Of a stretch of 64,000 nt of DNA, positions 8,239-14,671 are shown piece by piece. The notes under the pieces were generated by a model. The model was not told the DNA's origin and made no database searches. It was given only the letters and a program-made list of their open reading frames with translations. The stretch spans positions 1,073-65,072 of the forward strand of contig CAWHQR010000010.1 of NCBI GenBank assembly GCA_963831605.1, in the 5' to 3' direction. This DNA comes from an uncultured Solirubrobacterales bacterium. GTDB lineage: Bacteria > Actinomycetota > Thermoleophilia > Solirubrobacterales > 70-9. The first letter of the stretch is position 1. Each line of letters begins with the position of its first letter. A program made the translations under genes and the position numbers.

Positions 8239-8661
8239 CTACTCCGACAGCCCGGCGGCTTCGAGACCATCGGCGCGGTCCGAATATTCCTCGATACGGC
8301 GGAGTTTGCCGCCCTCGAAGGTGTTGACGTGAGCCAGCTCCATGTCGATTGGAACCCCGCTTTCTGCACCGTGGCCCGAGAAGCGAACCCAGACGAACGC
8401 CCGATTGCCGTTGGTCTGGATCTCAAGCGGCTCCACCTGCAGGTCGGGATAGGCCTCGACCCATCGCCATATCTGCTGCCTCACCGCCTCGATGCCCCGG
8501 TGGATGCCGGGATCAGGGTCGCTGGCGGAGTTCACGTACACGCCGTCCGGATGCCAGACATCCAGCGAGGCGAGTTCTTGCTCGTCAACGGGATCTCGTT
8601 CGGCCCGGTTGAACCTGGCGTATCCCGTGCGAACGAAATCTTCGACGTTCTCCTCCGACAT
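8239..8661 (-). CDS. SnoaL-like / NTF2-family protein, paralogue 3
   Basis: MSEENVEDFVRTGYARFN...DGLEAAGLSE. ATG 8661 preceded by the conserved leader gagatactgcgtgggcg. Confidence 0.85.
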   Translation of the reverse strand: MSEENVEDFVRTGYARFNRAERDPVDEQELASLDVWHPDGVYVNSASDPDPGIHRGIEAVRQQIWRWVEAYPDLQVEPLEIQTNGNRAFVWVRFSGHGAESGVPIDMELAHVNTFEGGKLRRIEEYSDRADGLEAAGLSE

Positions 8662-8690
8662 CGCCCACGCAGTATCTCGCGGCGGAGTAC

Positions 8691-8708
8691 TGCTTTCCAT
8701 GCAAAGCA
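8691..8708 (-). repeat. Type B hairpin (reverse orientation)
   Basis: tgctttccatgcaaagca, 30 nt upstream (gene sense) of ATG 8661. Confidence 0.8.
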
Positions 8709-9032
8709 CCAGTGTCGTTAACAGATCGCCGCCGAGAACTTCAATACCGGGTGGAGCTCTATGGCGTTCGGCGCGACCCCGGTTTGACCGTGCGGGATGT
8801 CGAAGAAGCCCACTCCGGTCAACGTCGCACACGACAGCTAGTTCTCGAGCTGCGCGGGCTTTCTGAAGGGCTGGTGCGTTCCCGGCGCCGCCCTTCCGTT
8901 TCCTTGTCAAGAAGCTGATTGCCCAGGTGGGGAGCTTGAAGACGGCGCCGGCTGTTCCGTAGTCGAGTTGGTGGTGAAGCAACTGCGGTTTCGCCATGCA
9001 GGTGAACGACCGCAAGCAGCGTAAGTGGTCGC

Positions 9033-9500
9033 ATGGCCATCGTTCAATCTCCTGACCAGCAGGCGGACGAGATTCTGCTGCAAGAGCTGGAGCGCACGGA
9101 CGATTTGCTGCTGAAAGAGCTGGAGCGCGTGGACGAGATGCTCCTGCGGATTGTGGCCACAATCGACCTATTGCCGGAGCGAATCGCCTCTGCAAATAGG
9201 AGGGAGTTCAGGTCCGTATCAGGCAATGGAACGGGTGCAGCAGAACCGGCGCGAGGCCAGGCGTCCACTCGACCGTTCGACCCCTATGGGGAGGACGAGG
9301 TCGACCCCTATCTGGAGGACGAGGTCGAGGCCGCCGCGGACAAGAAGTCAGCGGCCAGTCAGGTGGCCACGAAAGTGGAGGGCTGGGTAGCGGGCTATGC
9401 CCCAGACTGGGAGGCGCCCAGATTCGCAACCGTCTCGCTGGCGGTTGCCTTGTTTGCGACCGCCATCGCTGTGGTCGGCTTGATCGTTGCTGTCTTTTAG
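9033..9500 (+). CDS. Hypothetical tail-anchored protein (acidic, C-terminal TM helix)
   Basis: Internal repeat LLQELERTDDLLLKELERVDEMLL. C-terminal VSLAVALFATAIAVVGLIVAVF. Locally lower GC. Confidence 0.45.
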   Translation: MAIVQSPDQQADEILLQELERTDDLLLKELERVDEMLLRIVATIDLLPERIASANRREFRSVSGNGTGAAEPARGQASTRPFDPYGEDEVDPYLEDEVEAAADKKSAASQVATKVEGWVAGYAPDWEAPRFATVSLAVALFATAIAVVGLIVAVF

Positions 9501-9528
9501 TCCGGGCGTGGAGGCAATCCTCATGACT

Positions 9529-9557
9529 GAAAAAGGGCGATAGCCCAGGTATCGCCC
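9529..9557 (-). terminator. Intrinsic terminator after paralogue 4
   Basis: Minus strand: GGGCGATA-cctgggc-TATCGCCC followed by CTTTTTC. 8-bp stem abutting the stop codon. Confidence 0.6.
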
Positions 9558-9958
9558 TACTCCGACAGCCCGGCGGCTTCGAGGGCCTTTGCGTCCTGGT
9601 GGGGGAGGAAGTTCTCCACTCGCGTAAAGATGCCGTCGTCGTCAAACGTCCAGAGGACCCAGAACTCGAGATCCATCTCGATCCCGCTCCCCGCTCCACG
9701 GGCGCGGGCATACGAGCGGACCAGAACGTTGTTGCCCTGGACCCGGAACTCGCGTGGCTGAAGCTGTTGCGACTCGAAGGCGTCGGGCTCCATCCATGCT
9801 CGAAGCGCGTCCACGCCTCTCAGCGGCGCTTGATCCCCCGCGGGGAAGAACTCAATCTCGGGATGGACCCGCTCCACCGCGGCGTCGAAGTCGCCGCGAT
9901 TGAAGGCTTCATAGCCACGCCGCACGACATCGATCATCTCCTGCTCTCGGTCAGGCAT
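9557..9958 (-). CDS. SnoaL-like / NTF2-family protein, paralogue 4
   Basis: MPDREQEMIDVVRRGYEAFNRGDFDAAV...KALEAAGLSE. Conserved leader gagatactgcgcgggcg before the ATG. Confidence 0.85.
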   Translation of the reverse strand: MPDREQEMIDVVRRGYEAFNRGDFDAAVERVHPEIEFFPAGDQAPLRGVDALRAWMEPDAFESQQLQPREFRVQGNNVLVRSYARARGAGSGIEMDLEFWVLWTFDDDGIFTRVENFLPHQDAKALEAAGLSE

Positions 9959-9986
9959 CGCCCGCGCAGTATCTCGCGCAAAGGTT

Positions 9987-10030
9987 TCGCTTTCCATGCA
10001 AAGCAGATAGCCGCTTCTCGTCCAAAGCGC
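9987..10030 (-). repeat. Type B + type A hairpins (reverse orientation)
   Basis: tcgctttccatgcaaagcaga t agccgcttctcgtccaaagcgc. Confidence 0.85.
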
Positions 10031-10360
10031 AACTTGGAGGGTCTAGGTGAGGAGGGATCCTCAGCCCGAAGATGGAGCGGATGGACCATCAACCGGAGCC
10101 CGTTCAGTTCCTGGAGTGGATACACGGACCAACAGGAGCGCGGAATAGCGCCAGCCGGTTCGGGACTCTGAATCGGAAGCCACCGCGTGTGACATCTGGA
10201 GGACCCCCCCTACGGTGTCTTTGGTTCGCGCGGCGTCTATCTGAGCGACAAGCTCTCTCATCGACGAACCTTCGAACCCGAGGAGTTTGGTCGCCTCCAC
10301 AAGGCGGCATCATAGGTGGCCGTTCTTGCCTAGCGTGTTTGACGCTCGCACCAAGACACA

Positions 10361-10400
10361 GCGCTTCCATGCGAAGTGCCGCTTCTCGTCCAAAGCAGCT
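10361..10400 (-). repeat. Degenerate type B + type A hairpins (reverse orientation)
   Basis: gcgcttccatgcgaagtgc cgcttctcgtccaaagcagc. Confidence 0.75.
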
Positions 10401-10433
10401 GTCGCCTACTCCTGCAGCCCGGCGGTGGCTAGG
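10401..10433 (-). pseudogene. 3' remnant of a SnoaL-like cassette gene (...LATAGLQE*)
   Basis: ctactcctgcagcccggcggtggctag aligns with the family 3' end ctactccgacagcccggcggcttcgag. No upstream body. Confidence 0.45.
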
Positions 10434-10534
10434 GGGAAGTCATGGCGGCTTGGAAGAAGCGGCGATTCTGAACGCGCCCGACAGGATTCGAATCTGGGGC
10501 AGACTCGCAGCGAGCATCGTGCACCCCTGGGAGA

Positions 10535-11785
10535 TCAGTAGATGGGCAGCTTGTCGAGGAGCGCAAATCGGTCGTCGATTGTCTCGAGCAGATCCTTGTT
10601 GTGAAAGATCATCTTGCTGCGCGTGTAGACGCGAAGCCACTGCTTGTAGATGTGGAGCTCATAGCGGTCGAGCATCTCGCTGAGCGTCAGGTCTTCACGC
10701 TGAGCGATCAGTCCCGCCAAGAACATCGCGCACTCGAAACCGAGCGAGATCGACTGGAAATACGGAGAACCGATTGCCGAATCGCCGGCCAGGAACACGG
10801 GCGAGCTGGAGAAGGGGTGATCATCGGGGCCCGTCTTGCGCCATTCGCGGTTGGTCGCGTTACGCGCTCGATACACGTTGAGCGGGATCCGGACTATCGC
10901 CAGGTCGCCGACCAGCTCGCCATTGGTTTCCTGCTTGATCTTGTCGATGAAGTTGTCCATCGACTCCGCGACCGCGGGAAAATTGCTGCGAAGCCAGTTG
11001 CCATCGAAATGTGACGGCATCGCCTCGTACTCGTCAGCGGTGATGTGGACGATTCCTGTCACGTGGGTGACGCTGCCGTCGTAGTAGGTGCGGTGGACGA
11101 ACGGAATGAACTTGTAGTGAGGGTTTTCGGCGTTCTTGTAGTACTTGCAGTACTCGTTGCAGTCGTAGGTCTGGCCGTACAGGAAGGTGATCACCAGCGC
11201 GTGTTCGAGCGAGATGTTCAGCGTGTTCGCGCCTCCAACCAAGGCCTCGTCGCTGGAGCCCGGTGCCAGGTGATCTCGTAGCAGCGACCCGCTGCCCGTG
11301 CAGTCGACCAGGAGGTCACCCGGCTCGAGCATCGCGATCGCGTCCTGCGCGGTTACGTCGGCCTCAGTGCGTTGCACTGCGCTCGACCCGTTCGAGTCGA
11401 TCAAATCGCTGAGCGTGTGCTCGATGGCGTTGAGCGGACAGAACCCCTGTGCCCACTCGCGAAGATTTGCCATCAGCTCGCGGGAGACGGACCGTCGGAA
11501 CGCGAGGCCCTCGTCGAGCTCTTCCGGATCGAAGACTGCGGCGACCGTGTCTCCGTCAATGTAGTCGGCGCTGTAGCTCTCGACTGAATCCGCCACGAGA
11601 TAAGGCGCGAGTTGGACCATTCGGGTGCGCGTGTACTCGCGTCGCTTCTCGTAGAGGCTCAGCGGAAGGCCCTCGATCGACTGCAGCAACGCCGTCAACA
11701 TGAGGCCAACGGGCCCCGCGCCGATGACGTGGACTCGGCCTGCGGAAGGAAGGGACTCGTCGAGGACAGTAGAGGCGGGGGTCAT
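10535..11785 (-). CDS. FAD/NAD(P)-binding oxidoreductase (monooxygenase-like)
   Basis: N-terminal dinucleotide fold VHVIGAGPVGLMLTALL. GD motif FLAGDSAIGSPYF. 416 aa. Confidence 0.8.
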   Translation of the reverse strand: MTPASTVLDESLPSAGRVHVIGAGPVGLMLTALLQSIEGLPLSLYEKRREYTRTRMVQLAPYLVADSVESYSADYIDGDTVAAVFDPEELDEGLAFRRSVSRELMANLREWAQGFCPLNAIEHTLSDLIDSNGSSAVQRTEADVTAQDAIAMLEPGDLLVDCTGSGSLLRDHLAPGSSDEALVGGANTLNISLEHALVITFLYGQTYDCNEYCKYYKNAENPHYKFIPFVHRTYYDGSVTHVTGIVHITADEYEAMPSHFDGNWLRSNFPAVAESMDNFIDKIKQETNGELVGDLAIVRIPLNVYRARNATNREWRKTGPDDHPFSSSPVFLAGDSAIGSPYFQSISLGFECAMFLAGLIAQREDLTLSEMLDRYELHIYKQWLRVYTRSKMIFHNKDLLETIDDRFALLDKLPIY

Positions 11786-11901
11786 TGAGTGGCCGACCAG
11801 CCTTACTCCGGGGGCATCGTAGAGCCTCTCACGATATACCTGACCCCGGCGTCTGCGAAGCTCTTGGCGTGACGTCGTTGGGCCAATGGCGCACCTGGTG
11901 G

Positions 11902-12453
11902 GTGAAGCAGCGCTGGTATGAGCGCAACCACCGCCAGCGGCGCCGCCTGCGCCTCAACCGTCACGCGGCCCAGGGTGGGTTCTTCATCCGCTATCCGATC
12001 GAGGGCGAGGTCCTTGAGGCGCTCGATTCGGGAAGGCTGGAGATCGGCGAGGGCACCCTTCTGGAGCCGGGCTGCTGGCTGACCCTCTCGGACGACGCGC
12101 GGATCAGGATCGGAGAGGGCTGCTTCCTGAACAAGAACACCATGCTCGCGGCCCTCGAGCTCATCGAGATCGGCGACCACGTGATGTTCGCCAACAACTG
12201 CTTCGTCGGAGATTCGAATCACCGCTACGACGACCCGACCAAGCCGATCACCTGGCAGGGCTTCGAGCCGCAGGGCCCCGTGCGGATCGGCTCCAATTGC
12301 TGGTTCGGGGTCGACTGCGTCGTCACCGGCGGCGTCCAGATCGGGGACCGGTGCGTAATCGGCGCGAATTCCGTGGTCACGAAGGACCTCCCCAGGGGAG
12401 TGATCGCGGCCGGTGTCCCGGCCAAGGTGATCAGGGAGATCGAGTTCAAGTGA
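11902..12453 (+). CDS. Hexapeptide-repeat (LbH) acyl/acetyltransferase; start uncertain (11785-11902)
   Basis: IGEGCFLNKNTMLAA..IGDHVMFANNCFVGD..IGSNCWFGVDCVVTGGVQIGDRCVIGANSVV. ORF-track start 11785 overlaps the divergent ATG of 10535..11785, so the in-frame GTG at 11902 is preferred. Confidence 0.75.
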   Translation: MKQRWYERNHRQRRRLRLNRHAAQGGFFIRYPIEGEVLEALDSGRLEIGEGTLLEPGCWLTLSDDARIRIGEGCFLNKNTMLAALELIEIGDHVMFANNCFVGDSNHRYDDPTKPITWQGFEPQGPVRIGSNCWFGVDCVVTGGVQIGDRCVIGANSVVTKDLPRGVIAAGVPAKVIREIEFK

Positions 12454-12566
12454 TGCCCCGGTTACACCGGGCCGCACCTGCGGTCATATTCGACACCCGG
12501 TTCCCTGCCACGACTCAACGAGGAAGCCGATGAACGACCAAACCCCCGCCCCCGTTCCCTAGCTAA

Positions 12567-12626
12567 CCGCTGCTTTTCGGCTCCGGCGAAACCGCCGCTT
12601 TCCATGCGGCGCCTCGTCCAAAGCAC
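12567..12626 (-). repeat. Compressed/degenerate A and B hairpin cluster
   Basis: Gene sense after the stop: tgctttggacgaggcgccgcatggaaagcggcggtttcgccggagccgaaaagcagcgg. Confidence 0.6.
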
Positions 12627-13027
12627 TACTCCGACAGCCCGGCGGCTTCGAAGGCTTCCTCCTTCGTCTGGTACATCGTGAGCGAGGTCTGCTTCCCGTC
12701 GCGGAACGCGATCAGCCACGCGCTTCGCACCTCTAGGTGGATGCCGTCCCGACCCCGCATGTGTGCGACGTTCTCCACGATCACCCGGCCGTCCTCGACC
12801 TCGACCAGGTCAACGAGCTCAAACCGCATTTCCTCGAATGCCGCGAGGCGCTCTTGCCAGAACGCCCGGATTTCGTCGTGTCCCCGATAGACGCGCGCAT
12901 CGAATGCGCGGCCGTTGGACCAGTCCCAAACGGCGTCGGGGGCCCACTCCTCCAACGCCCCTTCGACGTCACGATTGTTGTACGCGGCGAAGGCGCGTTG
13001 TACCGTCTCGACGTTCTCCTCCGACAT
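12626..13027 (-). CDS. SnoaL-like / NTF2-family protein, paralogue 5
   Basis: MSEENVETVQRAFAAYNNRD...EAFEAAGLSE. Confidence 0.85.
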   Translation of the reverse strand: MSEENVETVQRAFAAYNNRDVEGALEEWAPDAVWDWSNGRAFDARVYRGHDEIRAFWQERLAAFEEMRFELVDLVEVEDGRVIVENVAHMRGRDGIHLEVRSAWLIAFRDGKQTSLTMYQTKEEAFEAAGLSE

Positions 13028-13055
13028 CGCCCACGCAGTATCTCGCGGACGGGTG

Positions 13056-13075
13056 CTGCTTTTCGTCCACAGCGG
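13056..13075 (-). repeat. Type A hairpin (reverse orientation), here in the 5' leader position
   Basis: ctgcttttcgtccacagcgg, upstream of ATG 13027 after leader gagatactgcgtgggcg. Confidence 0.75.
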
Positions 13076-13143
13076 ATGGTGTCGCCAAGTACCGATCGGC
13101 CGGCGCCACCGCCGGCCGAGGCGGGCGCGCCAGTTCTCGGCGA

Positions 13144-13332
13144 TTATCCCTTCAGAGGGGGCAAGTCTTTCCCCCTCTTTCGCTCATAGATGGTCCCGGC
13201 GACTGCCGCGATCAGTAGGGCTGCGACGACAAACCGCAGTCCGAGCGGTAGACCGGTCGCCCATACCACTATCAATGCGATCGCAAGCACCAGCACCGCG
13301 ATTCGGTAGATGTCTAGGCGGGTGAGTCCCAT
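13144..13332 (-). CDS. Small two-TM membrane protein (62 aa)
   Basis: IAVLVLAIALIVVWATGL and FVVAALLIAAVAGTIY helices. Wedged between two cassettes. Confidence 0.45.
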   Translation of the reverse strand: MGLTRLDIYRIAVLVLAIALIVVWATGLPLGLRFVVAALLIAAVAGTIYERKRGKDLPPLKG

Positions 13333-13378
13333 AGGTGGAGCCTCACGCTGGATCTACCCCTTGTCAAGGGATGATCGC

Positions 13379-13400
13379 CAGCTTCTCGTCCAAAGCAGCT
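13379..13400 (-). repeat. Type A hairpin overlapping the stop codon of paralogue 6
   Basis: cagcttctcgtccaaagcagCTActcc. Confidence 0.8.
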
Positions 13401-13794
13401 ACTCCGACAACCCGGCGGCTTCGAGGGCCTGCTCTCTGCTGCCGTAATAGTCGAGGCGCACGCATTTGCCGTCTCGCAGCGTCCACACCGCAGCGTCGAC
13501 ACGTTCCACATCGACGCCACTCTGGCGTCCCCTGGCATGAACGCGGAGAACCGCGACGACGCGCTCACCAGCCTCAATGAACTCCTCCGGATCCCAACGC
13601 CAGCTCTCCCAACTGCTCTCCCAATCGGCCTGCCAACGAGCCAGTCCTTCCAACCCCCGGTACTCACCGGAGTCCGGTATGTCGTGGTCGTAGATCTCGA
13701 TCTCCGGGTCGCAAACTGCAAGAGCAGATTCCATGTCGCCGCGTAGGTACGCGTCATAGGAACGGCGCACTATCTCCACGTTCTCCTCCGACAT
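13399..13794 (-). CDS. SnoaL-like / NTF2-family protein, paralogue 6
   Basis: MSEENVEIVRRSYDAYLRGD...QALEAAGLSE. Leader gagatactgcgtgggcg. Confidence 0.85.
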   Translation of the reverse strand: MSEENVEIVRRSYDAYLRGDMESALAVCDPEIEIYDHDIPDSGEYRGLEGLARWQADWESSWESWRWDPEEFIEAGERVVAVLRVHARGRQSGVDVERVDAAVWTLRDGKCVRLDYYGSREQALEAAGLSE

Positions 13795-13822
13795 CGCCCA
13801 CGCAGTATCTCTCGGCGGAGTA

Positions 13823-13842
13823 CTGCTTTCCATGCAAAGCGG
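13823..13842 (-). repeat. Type B hairpin (reverse orientation)
   Basis: ctgctttccatgcaaagcgg, 29 nt upstream of ATG 13794. Confidence 0.8.
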
Positions 13843-13896
13843 CACTCTTGATCCGCCGGCGGACGACCCTCTACGACCAGAGCCGCCGGCAAACCC

Positions 13897-14658
13897 CTAA
13901 GGCACGTACTCGAGGATCCGTCCCAGATCGCGGAAGCCCGCCGCCGTGTAGATCCGCTCGGCGATCGGAGTCGATTGCAGGCTTGCGGTCGAGCAGCCCC
14001 GTTCGACGGCGTCGTGGAGGTGACGTGCGGTAAGTGCGGTGCCAAGCCCTCGCCGACGTGCCGTCTCGAGAGTCGACATGTTGAAGATGCCGCAGTCACC
14101 GTCGTGGTCGAAGGCGATCGCAGTCGCGACGTGTTCTCCCCCGAGCCGCGCAGCGAGGACATGGAATGCTCTCGGGTCGGCGCCAGTGAGCAGGCCGGCG
14201 GGAACGCCGGCGATTCGCAGGTATTCACAGTACGCGGGCCAATCCAAGGGCCGAAGATCGACCTCCGGGAGAGGGAGGGAGGCGTGATCCAGCGACATGC
14301 CCATCGCCCGGGTGGTCTCCTGGACGGTATATCCGCGGCGGCGCATCTCCATCTGCATTCCGTCGTCACTCTCGTGGACCCACACGGCGTAGCGGCCGAC
14401 GCCGGCGGAGCGGTAGGAATCCTCCGCGGCGGCGACGGCCACGGCGCGCTCGGTTGGGCGGAGGTCGCGATCGATCAAGGCGTTGTTGTAGACCGCGCGC
14501 TCGGGTCCGCTGGGGAACACCCCGGCGGTGACTCCGCTCAGTCGCCTCAGTGAGGCTCCGGCCGAGCCGCGCGCGTACTCCTCCCATGAGGCCAGCAGGG
14601 TGGCGGCGCCGATCTCATACAGCTCTCCGTCACTCACGGCAGTCATGGTCGCCGCCAT
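13897..14658 (-). CDS. GNAT family N-acetyltransferase
   Basis: Acetyl-CoA motif TARRRGLGTALTARHLHDAVERGC...AAGFRDLG. Confidence 0.8.
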   Translation of the reverse strand: MAATMTAVSDGELYEIGAATLLASWEEYARGSAGASLRRLSGVTAGVFPSGPERAVYNNALIDRDLRPTERAVAVAAAEDSYRSAGVGRYAVWVHESDDGMQMEMRRRGYTVQETTRAMGMSLDHASLPLPEVDLRPLDWPAYCEYLRIAGVPAGLLTGADPRAFHVLAARLGGEHVATAIAFDHDGDCGIFNMSTLETARRRGLGTALTARHLHDAVERGCSTASLQSTPIAERIYTAAGFRDLGRILEYVP

Positions 14659-14671
14659 CTTGCCGTGCTGC

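Noticed and set aside
8712-9040. Small ORFs (8712-8918 +, 8819-9040 -) in the lower-GC gap between paralogue 3 and CDS 9033.
   Set aside because: They have no RBS, no domain and poor codon bias. The region is more likely a non-coding remnant.
10480-10505. tRNA-like string acaggattcgaatctggggc (T-loop-like TTCGAAT).
   Set aside because: The flanking bases do not form a T-stem or acceptor stem on either strand, and no cloverleaf can be drawn. It may be a decayed tRNA or att fragment, but this is unsupported.
620-13842. Could the hairpin repeats be a CRISPR array or integron attC sites?
   Set aside because: Spacing is irregular (tens of nt to >2 kb) and the intervals hold whole genes. The repeats occur in both orientations. 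There are no cas genes, no intI, and no GTTRRRY-type core. It is therefore reported as an unclassified REP/cassette-boundary family instead.
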